From contig BQFW01000004.1 in NCBI GenBank assembly GCA_020891255.1, positions 1,674,001 to 1,738,000 on the forward strand: a stretch of DNA of 64,000 nucleotides, given 5' to 3'. The notes under the pieces are model-generated. The model made no database searches. It was given only the letters and a program-made list of their open reading frames with translations, and had not been told where the DNA came from. Positions 23,626-36,000 of this stretch are shown here, piece after piece. The position numbers were made by a program, and so were the translations under genes. The DNA comes from Entomortierella parvispora E1425. Taxonomy: Eukaryota; Fungi; Mortierellomycota. Numbering within the stretch: the stretch's first letter is position 1; every line of letters starts with the position of its first letter.

Positions 23626-24153
23626 TTACTTGCGGATCATGGTGATGGGTGGCACATCGGCCATGGCTTCCTTGGCAAGTTGATGTTGATCTCTTTTTTC
23701 CAAGTTTGAACCTGTGCTGTCTGCGGTCAAAGGATCCAGTGGAGGGTAATCATGGTCAAGAGGGTCGGACAGCTTCTTGCCAGCAACAAAGCCGGTAAGT
23801 TCTGTGGTCTGAGTCCAGGCTTGGTAAAAGATCCTGACATGGACAATGTCATGATCCCCAGCGGCTGCGTGTGCTATGCCGGCAATGGGTCGCAGCTTGA
23901 CATAGTAGTTGATTCCTGCCACAACTTGAGTTGTGAAAGCCAGAGGTTCAAACTTGGTGACATGGGCCTGGTGGTGTTTGGCTCTCTGGTATCGTTTAAG
24001 GATCTGTGGACCTTGGTTGCTCAGCAGAACTTCGAGAGTGGGGTCCAATTCTGAGAGTGGATGGTCTTTATCGACCTGGGTGACATTCTTGCGGATTCCA
24101 CCTGGAAGATCGCGTACGGCAGAACCTGCAGGTGCGGTGGTGTGGGTGTTCAT
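23626..24153 (-). CDS. Stefin-type cystatin (cysteine protease inhibitor, family I25); intronless, 175 aa
   Basis: N-terminal LPGG, central FTTQVVAGINYYVKL (QxVxG), HVRIF..AW second loop and ELTGF..GKK..DPL. This follows the order of stefin A/B motifs. No signal peptide and no Cys. Confidence 0.88.
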   Translation of the reverse strand: MNTHTTAPAGSAVRDLPGGIRKNVTQVDKDHPLSELDPTLEVLLSNQGPQILKRYQRAKHHQAHVTKFEPLAFTTQVVAGINYYVKLRPIAGIAHAAAGDHDIVHVRIFYQAWTQTTELTGFVAGKKLSDPLDHDYPPLDPLTADSTGSNLEKRDQHQLAKEAMADVPPITMIRK

Positions 24154-24338
24154 GCTGCTATTTGGCGTGGGAGGAGGTTTGTCGAAGAGAAAAGGAAAGA
24201 GCAGAGGATCCACTTCCTGCTTGATCTTTCCCACTTACAGTTCCTCAGAAAGTGACTGTTGCAGTCGCGCTTTTGCGCCATCATCTGCAACTGTGTCCAC
24301 CATTTCAACTTCCAGCTCAACATTCTCTTTCCTTTCCA

Positions 24339-25892
24339 ATGGAGCTGCCAGAGGTGCGCGAGCTCGTTGACCGCTATCTGTCGCCCCATGACTTGACTTC
24401 ATGTGTTCGTGTCTGCAAGGAATGGAAGGCATCATTCATCCCATTCATCTACCACACGTTCAATTGCTCTGAAAACTTCAACGAGAGATACTCTGCCAAC
24501 CCCACCCGTTTTCCCTCGGCGGGGACTCTTGAAAAGTACTCTCGATATGTCGTTGCTCTCGTAATCACTCCATCAAGTTGGTTCCTCAATATCCTAATGA
24601 TCTCGTGCGAAAACTTAAAACGACTCAGCATTGAACTGCTCGGAGAGGACAACTCAGAACATTGGCCAAAAATTGCGCGCCTGGTGGGTAACAATCCCCG
24701 ACTGGAGTCGGTCAAACTGGCGTCGCTCCCTGATCTCCTGGAAATAGACCCCAGGTTTCTTGCGGACTTGAATGTGCAAAGCTCACAGCTGAAGCGTCTG
24801 GAGCTTCAGGCGGTGATCCTGGATGTCGAAGGTCTAGAGAGTCTCCGTAGCCTTTGCTCAAAAGGATTGAGTCACCTGGATCTCCAAGTCTGCTCGATCA
24901 AGACAAGGCCTGACGAACTCGATAGTTTCATCTGGCCCGAGTTTCCCTCAATGCACTTTCTACACCTGGCGCTAGCGGCTGGCACGACATTGAAGCGGAG
25001 TAAACAGCTGGAATGGTTCCAGAAATGTCCAAACCTGGAGCACATGGGATGGGAGTCATTCGAGCTTTTGGATATGCCTCCATTCCCCTGCGATGAGTTT
25101 GAAAGGTTTCTGGATGCAGAAGACTCCCCAAGCCGATCTATTTGCAGCCTGGTTCTTGCTCAGGGAGCAATTTCAGAATCAGCGGTAGGGGAGATCTTGA
25201 ATCGATGCCGACGATCGCTCGTCAAGTTCCAAATTACAGGGGCAGATTCGTTTTATTTGAGTACCTTTATAGCATTGAGCCGTCATTTTGAGACCCTCCA
25301 GGTGCTAGATTTCCATACACACGAAATCTGCACAGTCTTGACGCAAATGGTCATGGAGAGGTGTCCTCGACTTGTCAAGATGACGTGTGACATGAGTGCA
25401 AAACACTTTTATCGTGGAGTGATCAGCGAAAACGATTCTAGGCCGGTTGTTGACAATGGGGCACAACTGGAGCTTTTGTTGGAGGCTGTGGCGCGTTTAC
25501 AGGTTCCAGCAAAGATACCATCTCGTCCCTGGGTTTGCAAAGGATTGAGAGAGCTAATGTGTTGCATAGATTGTTCGGACGAAATGCGCGAGAACCGGCA
25601 GGTCATTTATCAGCTATCCAAGATGAAGGCACTCAATTCGGCCTGTTTCCGAGGTTGCTTTAACGTTGCTGGTCATTACCTTTGGTTTTCGCCAGATTTT
25701 ACAGAGGACATGGATGAAGACACTTTGGCCAAGGTGGACCTTCCCTCCACTCCTACTTATCCTGGCTCTCTTCTTTCGCGATATTTGGCCGAGAATATTG
25801 AGGAACAAGACCATGCTATTTCCAAGGTTGCGCTGTCGATTTGGCCCAGGCTAGACTCTATTTTTTTCATCCCTCATCGCATGTCTCCATAA
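24339..25892 (+). CDS. F-box/RNI-like protein, intronless, about 517 aa
   Basis: MELPEVRELVDRYLSPHDLTSCVRVCKEWKASF F-box, LRR-like CENLKRL/CPNLEHM/CPRLVKM and PWVCKGLREL motif. Confidence 0.87.
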   Translation: MELPEVRELVDRYLSPHDLTSCVRVCKEWKASFIPFIYHTFNCSENFNERYSANPTRFPSAGTLEKYSRYVVALVITPSSWFLNILMISCENLKRLSIELLGEDNSEHWPKIARLVGNNPRLESVKLASLPDLLEIDPRFLADLNVQSSQLKRLELQAVILDVEGLESLRSLCSKGLSHLDLQVCSIKTRPDELDSFIWPEFPSMHFLHLALAAGTTLKRSKQLEWFQKCPNLEHMGWESFELLDMPPFPCDEFERFLDAEDSPSRSICSLVLAQGAISESAVGEILNRCRRSLVKFQITGADSFYLSTFIALSRHFETLQVLDFHTHEICTVLTQMVMERCPRLVKMTCDMSAKHFYRGVISENDSRPVVDNGAQLELLLEAVARLQVPAKIPSRPWVCKGLRELMCCIDCSDEMRENRQVIYQLSKMKALNSACFRGCFNVAGHYLWFSPDFTEDMDEDTLAKVDLPSTPTYPGSLLSRYLAENIEEQDHAISKVALSIWPRLDSIFFIPHRMSP

Positions 25893-26075
25893 ACATAGGT
25901 TTGCGCCACCAAAAAAGTGACCGTGACTGCTACTTCCTTTGCGCTTTCTGAAGTAAGCACCGCATGAACGATCCCATGCACTCTGCTTCAACAACCAACG
26001 CGCCGAACCACTGCCAAGAACAGCAAATATCCCTCACAAAGGTCAGGACGTGACATCCACTCTCTATTCCATTCC

Positions 26076-29000
26076 ATGGAAGCCAGTGCGACGATCCATT
26101 CAGGAGATACAGATGTGACCATGGAGAATGCAACCATGGAGCAACCATCACTCCTCTCGACCAATGCTTCTACAGGAACCCGACCTGGTGCATTAGAGGA
26201 CAATACTGCAGAAGCAACTACACTACCAGAGCCACCACCACCACAGCAGCCATCAACAGAAACAGAGGTGTCCACCACTGCCGTCAAAAGTAATAGGAGA
26301 GAGCCTGCCTTCAGGCGTGGCAAATACAAACCAAGAGAGCGCAAGGAGTGGACATGGCAGTTCAAACCCGTCAAGCTCCTGTCAAAGTCGGATGGGTCGC
26401 TGGAGGTGATTCCTGGAGAATCTAGACACTTTCCAAAGTCAAGGTTAGACCGGACTCGAGTGACCCGAACGCGCAAGAGAGTCGACTACATGTCCAGGAT
26501 CCTGGCCAACCCCGAACCATGGGCTACTGAGGACATGGATATAAAGCCATTTATACAAGGCGGCACCTTGGGCTCAGAAACGGACCCAGCTTCTCCTGGT
26601 ACGCAAACCGATACGGATGGAAGCCCACTCAGAAAGCGTAAGCGAGCAGAGAGTGGAAAGAGGGTAAAGTCCTTGCCGCAAACGATCGCGCAGCTTTTCC
26701 ATCGACCTGTGCCTCCCAAACTGGAATCAGGTCACCTTCAGGGATTGTGGCATGTCGGTGTCCCTCGTATGGAGTTTTCTTACCTTCAGGAGCCTTTCCC
26801 GTACGATAAATACAATAATGCACATCCGGAACCTCTGCCTGGGAGTTTACAACACAAATCAGGATTTTCTTCTCGTTTCGGCCGTCCGCTGGTACCGGAG
26901 GTTCAGCTGGGAGAAGAATGGTATACTCCTCAAGGAGAAGTGGATCTCAAGGACCATTTTTCGTTGGATAAGCTAAAAGACGCAACGGCATTGACCAGGA
27001 CCATCAAAGTAGAAACGGAAGGACTTCGGATGGATGTATATTATCAACGTGTAAGAGCCGACCAATATTCTTGTTTGTGAGTTGATCGTTCGAATGATTG
27101 ATTATCCCAGAAATGCTGACATTTCAATTCCTTCTTGTTTCATCAGGGGTTCGAGCTGGCTGCCAAACGCGTATTGGATCGCATTCGAATGGAGCAGATT
27201 GAGCAGGAAGAAGGCGCCAAGGAGGAAGAAGCGCGACTTAAAGCAGAGGCCGCCCGAGCAGAACTCCGAAATAACTGGCAATCGTCATTGCTCAAGGGAG
27301 GTGCCGATGCGGACGCTGTTTTAGCGGGGAGGCAAATGACTTGGTTTAAGGATATGGCGGAGGGTATGAGCAAGGAAGCTGCCCACAAGGCAGCCCAGGC
27401 AGAAGCTGCTGTTGCAGAGGCAGAGGCAGCACGGTCCAGACGGTCCTCCGAGAGGGCGGCACAAAGAAAAAAGCTCATAACTTGCCAGGGTGATGCTACA
27501 ATGTCGGATACTGTGTCTTCAACGTCACCGTCAACATCAAGTTTCCAGGGACAAAGCTCCGCTTCGACTCCTATACCTTTGGATGCACCAGGGACAAGCG
27601 CACAGCATCAACGACAGCAACTGGAATTGCTGTTGCAACAACAACAGTTGTTGCAGCAACAAGAAGACCTGCAACAACTTGAGCATCACCAACAACAACA
27701 ATACCAGCTGCAAGAACAGCAACAGGAGCAACAACGGCAGGAGCAGCAACAGCGAGAGATACAGTTACTTGAGGAGCTTCAACAGCGACTGCAGGACGGT
27801 CGAGCTTCCACTCCCTCAACTTCAGCTGTGGTGGAGCTTGAGAAAGAAGGGCCTTCCCTTGCAGACTATTATCAGGCGAATTGTTTTTTGGCGTCTATGT
27901 TCCAGTTGAAAGGAAAGCATGCCAATCAGCTGCCTGTTCCGATGGGCCCAGGTGCCGCACGGATCCTTCAGACACTATTGCTGGGACTCGAGACAAAGAT
28001 TCAGGCTATGGGGTGCCATCTCCAAAGGCAGGAATTAGCTCACAGGTTGATTGTCAAGTCAGGGGATAAGACTCTCCTTCGGAAACTGGTACAGCAAAAG
28101 GACTCGCGGCAGAGGCAGTCATATGGAGAATTAGAGGGACAGATGGGCGGGGTACAGATGGACGGGAGCCAGATTTCTGCACATCAACTTCCTTTACCTT
28201 CAGGAGCACGCGGCAGCTGGATGAACTTGAATCTGAGAGATTTTGAAAGGGATCCGGACCAACCTAATCCATTGACGCAGCCAGTGGTGTCTGGCCCATA
28301 CTTTCGACTGGGCAAAACCGATGCAGATGCGTATATACTGAAGATGAGCGGCCGCGATAAAGCCTCAACTACCCGGTCAAACACTGCTAAGCTGTCATCA
28401 CCGCCCTCCACGTCCGATACTCCTGTTACTTCTTCGAGTCAAGAATCAGGCCTTAGGCATTCTGTACCAACTGTTCCTTCCAGTGCTGCCTTCGACTCGA
28501 TTAGTTCTCAGGAAAAACGCGCATACCAATTGCCCTTTGTTGCCAACCCACTGGAAATTCAGCAGTCAATGGATCCATTTTGGATGGCGCGCGAGCATCG
28601 GCTTTCTACTCACCGCGGATCTTTGACACAGCCTTTCAGTGTGGAGGGAGCTGATAGGGCGACACGGCATTCTTCAGTTGTCGTTTCACAGACGGCCGTG
28701 TCAGTTGCATCGGCCTCTTTGACTGCTCCTACCACTACTAAAGGGCCAATAGCAACAGTATCGATTCCCCTCGTAAGGCGGGAAAAGGAACGGGAGCCTG
28801 ACATTCCACAGTCGCATGAACTGTCTACAACCAACCCGGTTCTTTTAGCGGATCTCCCGTCTATGACCCCCAATACCTTGACAGAGTCAGCAGCATTAGA
28901 GCGTGTCGAAAACGTTGGCGATATGGTGCCGGCGCCAGAAGAACAACCAACAGAGCCGAGACTGGAATCAGAGCCTTCCAGCCCGTCAGCTACCGTGGCA

Positions 29001-29447
29001 ACACCAGAGTCATCAAAATCCGGCGTGAAGGTTCGAAAGAAATTGGGTCGCCCTAGGAAAACTCCAGTCGAGACACCAACCACTGCGCATCTAGATATTG
29101 ATGTAATGCCAGCCACAGCGGAAGGAACGTCAGGGCAGACAGAGTCAAGCGCAAAGCCCGGAGGAAAAGTACCAAAAAAGAGAGGCCCTAACAAGAAGCG
29201 TCTGCAGGCTGCATCACAAACAACAGAACCGGAATCTGCTACTTCACATATCACCGTGACGGAATCAGTACCTGTGACTTTGACGTCGGAGACTCTTCCT
29301 GCAGCTGAGGTGGTACCCAAGATAGCGAATTCCACAAAGAAAACGCCTCCCAAGAAACCACGAAAGAAGGCGGCAGAGAATGAGGACCATGCGCAATCGC
29401 CTCAGGAGCCTGAGCACTCGCCATTAAAGAGGGTGAGGTTGCAATAG
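26076..29447 (+). CDS. Hypothetical protein of about 1091 aa (Gln-rich, basic NLS-like clusters, AT-hook-like GRPRK). Exons 26076-27050, 27147-29447
   Basis: Two long ORFs joined in phase 0 by a 96-nt GTAAGA...CATCAG intron. Basic clusters RKRKR, RKKLGRPRK and KKRGPNKKR. Confidence 0.75.
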
Positions 29448-29616
29448 GGTTGAAATGAAGGACGACAACACTCGCTAATGGCACCGTTCATTTTTTTTTG
29501 AAGAGTGGATTAAAGGATCATATTGTACATTATTAGCATTGTGCATTGTTATCTTATGTTGAGTCTAAAAGATCTATGATTGTCGATTCTATTTGGTACT
29601 GGTGTAACATGGGACA

Positions 29617-30756
29617 CTAATATCTCTTCCCGTAGAGGGCTTCGGCGCGCATGACAAAAGCCTGGAGCATCTCCTTGCTGACTTGATCAAAGAACAGAGA
29701 CGACATGGAGGCATGAACGGGCGAGGAAAACTCAAACTGGATCTCGAAATCCACCCAGACTGAGGGATAATCACTAGGCTTCATCGTGCCTAGGTTCGAG
29801 GGTGAGGCTGTCCGCAAGATGGTTGGCTTTGGAGGTGCCGGAAATGGGGACGAAGAGGATGTTGTCGTAGATGTTGAAGAGGAAGAGGAAGAGGAAGAGG
29901 AAGAGGGTGTAGGTTGAGCAGTGATCGCGATAGTCTTTAGAGAGGGCAGTGCCGATGCTCCAAACACTGCGGCGGCCGTGAGTTGTGGTGGCGGCGGAGG
30001 TGGTGGCTGCTTTGGTGGACTCTCCTGAACAGGCTTTGTCAAGAGTGAAGTTTCCTCGTTCACCTCCTGATCCATGGCGGCCTCCAGAGAAGTCGTTTTG
30101 GGAGCATTGGGCGTGAACTTCCAGGTGGTGGACAATTCCTTGAACAGCGTGGAGTCGTAAGAGACAGCACGGACCATCCATGGTTCCTGACAGGTCACGG
30201 TGGAAACATATCTCTCCTGCATCGAGTTAAATCCAATCCCGAGCTCGCCGTGCCTGACGGTCGTTCGCGGTTGATGCTGCATTGATGATGTGGATCCGAC
30301 AACGGCCATTGTTGGTTTCATATTTGGCGACAAATGATGCCATCCTCCATCGTGCAGATCGGATCGGCCGTTTTTATCCGCAGTGGTATCTGTTTCCTGA
30401 ACGGGTGGTGACATTTTGGAGTAGGTGCACCAGGGCAGGAACTTGTGGTAGTCGTCCACATTCGCCACCACGTCGTAGAATTCCTGCTGTGAGTACCTTA
30501 GCAGCGTCCTGTCCTTGTAGTGGCGTGAGCTCGAGACGTTGAGAATGTCGGGTAGGTTAGGGAGCTTGGGCATCTTGGGCAGACTGAAGAGAGCTCGACA
30601 TTGCCCATGATGCAGTTGGTGGCGTTTAGAAAGAGGATCCCGAAGATGAGACCGTGCAGACGAGAGTCCGAGGATCCCCTGCATCCGATGCAGTTCCTGT
30701 CCGAGACGGTAGTAGGGCGCAGCGACGGCGATGCGTCGATGAGGGCCTGTCAGCAT
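29617..30756 (-). CDS. COQ10: Coenzyme Q-binding protein COQ10 (START/polyketide-cyclase fold) with mitochondrial presequence-like N-terminus
   Basis: YSQQEFYDVVANVDDYHKFLPWC, ELGIGF...ERYVSTV, LFKELSTTWKF and VDFEIQFEFSSPVHASMSSLFFDQV...AFVMRA. Confidence 0.92.
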   Translation of the reverse strand: MLTGPHRRIAVAAPYYRLGQELHRMQGILGLSSARSHLRDPLSKRHQLHHGQCRALFSLPKMPKLPNLPDILNVSSSRHYKDRTLLRYSQQEFYDVVANVDDYHKFLPWCTYSKMSPPVQETDTTADKNGRSDLHDGGWHHLSPNMKPTMAVVGSTSSMQHQPRTTVRHGELGIGFNSMQERYVSTVTCQEPWMVRAVSYDSTLFKELSTTWKFTPNAPKTTSLEAAMDQEVNEETSLLTKPVQESPPKQPPPPPPPQLTAAAVFGASALPSLKTIAITAQPTPSSSSSSSSSSTSTTTSSSSPFPAPPKPTILRTASPSNLGTMKPSDYPSVWVDFEIQFEFSSPVHASMSSLFFDQVSKEMLQAFVMRAEALYGKRY

Positions 30757-31068
30757 GTGGAATGAATGAGGCCACTTGAGGAGAGAGAAGACGGAATGAA
30801 AATGAATGAAAATGAATGAAATGAATGCAGATCACCCAGAGAAGAGAACCAACGCGCTCCGCCCGTTGCCTCCGCTCCGACTGGCGAATGCGGTCATTGG
30901 CGCACACAGCCCTTAAGCCTCTGTCTCTGTCTCTCTCTCTCTCCCTCTCTCTCTTTCTCTCTGCATGCATTTCCCGTCTGTTTCGGCTCCATTTCTGCTC
31001 CTTGCCTTTGTCCCCCTTCCTTCTTCCCTTCCTTCTTGCTGACCTGAACTCAACCCCTGCCCTTCCCC

Positions 31069-31561
31069 ATGAGCTCAAACCTGTGCCAGCAGAGCCAGGC
31101 CCACAGACTGTACAGTCTCTACCTGCACTACGACGCCTCGCATGCTGCGAAGCATGAAGACCCAGAGGTGACTGTCCCCCCCTCTCCTCTGCTCTTTTTT
31201 TTTTTTTTTTTTTTTAATACCCCGCGCCTTTTTTGGACTCTGCCCTTGATGGCGATACGCAGCAATGGCCAGCCTTGACCACGCCCCGATCGGCGACTTA
31301 TGTCATGGTTCATGGCTGCTGCTGCACTGCTGACGAAGGCACGATAAAGAAAAGCAAGGCGACAAAGGGATTTTCTGCAGAATGAACGATCCTCAATGAA
31401 AAAAAAAAACACGCAGGAATATTCACCAACTTGTTTGTTTCTTTTCTCTCTTTTTTCTCCCTGTCCCCCTTTTGAATCCTTGGTCCGTCCGTCCCATGCG
31501 GTCCCCCCCTCTGGTGGGTTCTTGATTCGGGACCAATGCCTCGCTATGTCCTGTCCTGATC

Positions 31562-31595
<34 letters not shown>

Positions 31596-33048
31596 TTTCT
31601 ACGGATTCCATCTGCTCGTGCTTGCTATTTTACCTGCCTGCCCGAACAATGCGCCTCATTGGACGAATATTGACTGATTCCTGCTCGCTCGCCGTTGTTT
31701 CTGATCGGTTTGGGATTGGGCCTGTTCTTTCTATGCGTGCTTGCTTGGTCATGCCTGTTGGTGTCATTATTGGATTCTTCCTGGCCTTTGGGTCTGGCCC
31801 AACAGTGCAAGGCAGTGCTGCAACACTGTTTTGCCTTGTTCGAGAAGGACTATGTCGTAGGAACTGTCCCCAATCACAATGGCCAGCTATGTCCCTCTTA
31901 CCCCTCCGAGCTCGCCATCCTCGAAAAGCCGAGACATCTCGCGCAGAGAGTGGATGGCCCAGGCAAGGCCGATATGCAGGAGTCTAACAAAGGTCAAAGT
32001 CGTTCTATCCAGGGCGACGTTGCCTCGATACCCACAGAACCTTCACATCCCACTCCCGCCGCATCGTTGTTGACCTCCACTTCGTCACGCATTCATCCCT
32101 TCAATTCTTCAGTCTCCCCTCGCTTTGCCACACAGAATCGTGGTACGACCGCTGACAAAAACGAGGGCGACAATAACCACAACAGTCAACACGAGCCAGT
32201 TCACTCTGAGAGCATGGACAACTCCATGATCGAGGAGGGCGATCAGAGCTTTGATCTAGGCGAAAGCGGAATGATGTCCTTTCAAGACATCAAAACGGAA
32301 CTCGACTTTATACACCATCCCTCCCCACTCAAAAACCCCGCCAAGGACTCGGACCGATCCAGTCGAAGACATATCCTCCCGTTTCCATTTAGGATACCGA
32401 GAACTGAAGAGTCAAAGAACTACGCAGTAAAAGAATACGTGGAGCCGTCGTCCACTGCCGCCGCTCCCTCCAACAGCATCGACAACAACGACAGCAACAG
32501 CAACAACAGTGGCAATGCCGATACCAAGCCGGACAAGGATAAAGGTATGATTTACCAGTTCTCTTTTTATCCCCCCTGTAATCTCTGTGGTCCTGGCCAT
32601 TCGGCCCTCTTTTTTTTTTTTTTTTTTTTACCAATTGAACAAGGGTCCAGGTGTGGATCGCGTTTTGTCCTAATCCCTCGTGCTCTCTCCCACGCACACA
32701 CCATCTCCTCGCCACGATAGTCAATGATACACAGGAGCTCTCGAAGCAGTTTGAAAAGTCCCATTTTGCGCGTGTGCGAGCCCGGTTCGTGATACCGTGT
32801 ATCCTCGTTCGCGGCAAGAATATTTGCAGGTCGGCCACTCTCTCCAATGAGGTCGAGGTGTTTATGCACAGCTTCAACCAAAAGTTCAATGAGCTGAACC
32901 AGAAACGAAAAATGTTCCTGTATGGCACAGGGGAGAAGAGGTAAGACCGACAAGGGCAGACTGAGCGCTTCCGCCCTTCTTGTGCAGCTATTTGTCAGCC
33001 TCTCTGCAAAGCTGGCATGCGCATCACGACATTTTCTTACCAACCCTT

Positions 33049-33079
<31 letters not shown>

Positions 33080-36000
33080 GGTACAAAGTCCTGATAAGGG
33101 AGACCGTGAATCGTCTTTGGAGAGGCAGCGCCTTGAAGATATCGAGTTGTTGCACCGGCTAGGAGTGACCTATATTAATGATCTTATGGTCGAGAACCGC
33201 AAAGTCAAGTAAGGAATTCCAACTCGATTCAAAGGCTGCAATTTTTTTTTTCCTCTCTTAAGGTTCGCTGACATAAGGAGTACCTGCTCAATTGTTTGTG
33301 CTTTGTCTCCTCTTCATCCAGATACGGCCTCAAGGTGACATCCTCTGAAAAAGTGGACTCTTTTGGACGATACTCCAAATTCAAGCTAGTGGCCACACCC
33401 TACCCTGGAGTCGAGTTTTTTCAAAAGTTCAAGGCAAACAAATACTCGGCAAGGAAACTTTGCTTTGATTGGTCTCAGAACTTTGCGGATGCCGAGTTGC
33501 AATTGCCTCCTGGGCATATGGACAACCTCGGCATTCGATGGAGAGATTACAAAGGATGGGATCTCAGTAAGTCATGAGCAGCGACCCATCCATTGGCGAG
33601 GAATTGAGTACACGTAGGCACGTTGGTAGTTTGCTGCATGACCTCTAACGATTCTCTTGGGTTCCCTTCTTTAGTTGAGCTCACACAAAACTACCTTCGC
33701 TTGTATCTCTCACATATCGCGGACGACAGTACCTCGGACCAGCGTTTACCACATGAAGCACAGGACCAAGCTCGGTCCCAAAGAGGATTGTTGATCCATT
33801 GCATTTCAGGTAAGAGTGGTTAATTGGTAACCAAAAGTGGTTTTAGTTTTGGTTTTGTTCGCTTTTTGGTTGATCAACTAACGCCCACCATTTTATTTGT
33901 GACATTAGGATGGGACCGCACTCCGCTATTCATCTCATTACTGCGAATCTCGCTTTGGGCAGACGGAGAAGCTCACCAGTCATTATCGGCGGCAGAGATT
34001 CTATATCTTACTATGGGATACGATTGGTTTTTGTTCAAGTAGGTCGCTCAGAGGATATCTTGCTCAATTGGACTGGCCCACTTGAAGCTAGCTAACCTGA
34101 CGACCTTGCCTCCTTTGTTCTTCTACCATAGCCATTTACTCGCCGATCGCAGTCAGCGCGGAGAAGATATCTTTTACTTTTGCTTTTACTTTCTTAAGTT
34201 TATCTATGGAGACGAGTTTTCCCTAAAGTCAGTCTCTGATCTTAAAGATAGCGGTAATGGACGCGCGCAAACAAACAAGTCCAATCGAGCACCAACCGTC
34301 TCTCCGTCGCCTTTCTCACGAGATCTGGGCCGAGTTCGTGATAGCGACTTTGGAAGCGCGTCACCTCCGATGGATGGAGAGAGCCATGGAAATATCTGTG
34401 ACGAATGCAGAACTACAAGAAGGATGTCTATGGAGCCCCTAGGACGCGACATGGTGCCTCGTAGAGGCAGTGCTCAAGATGTAGCTTCATCAACCGATGG
34501 AAAGCCATCCAGCTGGCAACTCGTTACATTGTCTACCCCACCTAGAGGAGACAGACATGGTTCCCCAAGGGCTCCCTTTGTTCCGACACTTCCAACCATT
34601 GGAAAAGCATCCGGATCTCCGCTTGGTGGCAATCGAAAGGTATTCCCAGCCATCGGCTTTGCAGATGACAAGAGATTTAGCAACACGGACTCGGCCGCAA
34701 AGAACTTCAACACGTCAACAACGACTACAACGACTACAACGTCAACAAGTCCATTCTTGGTATCTGAAGGAAGGTCTCACTTGGGTTCGTTCAATGCCCG
34801 CCGCTCTTCATCCAGCAGCATCCCAGAGCTTTTCTTGGAAGAATCAAAGCGCCAGGTAGCCGCAGCTGCAGCAGGAGGAGTTCCAGTCAACTCGAGTGTA
34901 TTCCAGAACACAGCTTCCAATGTCGAGCTTTCAAGACTTGCCACCTCGCCCAACCTTTTTGCAGCAAGTCGCCCTCAGGATGCAGTGGAGGGAGAAACCA
35001 GTGTGGGATCCCAAGGAGATGAGAGCTTGCTAGAGCGTCAGCGCACGCCAAGAAAGAGGGCATCCACTTTCGATGGAGGTCTTTTACTTTCCAACGAACC
35101 TGGCGCTCGGGCATCTTCAGATGAGGAGAATTGTGACGATATAGAGGAGGATCTGACAAGTGGAGACGAGGACACTGCCGAAGACAATCTCGAAGGGCAT
35201 CCAGAGGTAGCTCAAACCGCTACCCACGCTAGCGATGAATCCAAGTTGTCCCCCGCTTCTGCAGCAGCAACTCAATCCCAGATTTGTCAAGTCTGCCATC
35301 ATTCATTTGTTCCAAAGGCTGCTAGCGGAGGTTTGGAGGCGGAGGATAGGAGCAGCCACTCTGACTTGATGGGAAATAGCCCCAATTCTGTTCTTCACGG
35401 TCACTCAAAACATATGCGACCTCAGTGCGCCAAGATGGGACCAATCGAGAGCATGAGGGACGAAGGTCTTGTCTATGGTGGCCAGGACATGGACTATCTG
35501 TGTCATCCAGGATTCCAGCAGAGTCAACCGGACGAATGCGACCGCGATGAAGGAATGTTCCAACTCGAAATCGAGGATTCTGGGAAAGGCTCGCTTGGTA
35601 TGGCGGATGATTGTAGATGCGACAATCAACCCAACACGAGACACTCTGCGTACCTGGGTCGTGGATCTTGTTCTGGCAGTCCCAAATGCAGTGCAAGCAA
35701 GAGCGACAGCATTGCTAGTAGCAGCCCCTCCACTGAGCGCAACTTGAACCTCGCCGGTAATCGGTCTCCCACACCAGTGCATCCGGATGATGAGTGCTTG
35801 GACGGAGATGAAAACGAAAGCCTCTGGGATGAAACTTCGACCGTAGACTATGGATACAGTCCAGGAAGCATCCTCAATGGCTTTGGTCTTGGACTAACAA
35901 AATACCCTACAGAAACGGAGGACGATCTTGGTCTTGGACTGGATGACTCTCTGCGGGCAGACGGAGTAGGAGAGGATCGTGACGACCAAGAAGATGACGA

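Noticed and set aside
28610-29353. 247-aa minus-strand ORF (similar cases at 9079-9783 and 36112-36495)
   Set aside because: Antisense shadows of long low-complexity coding regions.
31649-31805. Alternative MTMR14 start (MRLIGR... or the hydrophobic FLIGLGLG ORF start)
   Set aside because: The donor phase does not match the conserved exon at 31806, whereas the exon at 31069-31167 joins in phase 0.
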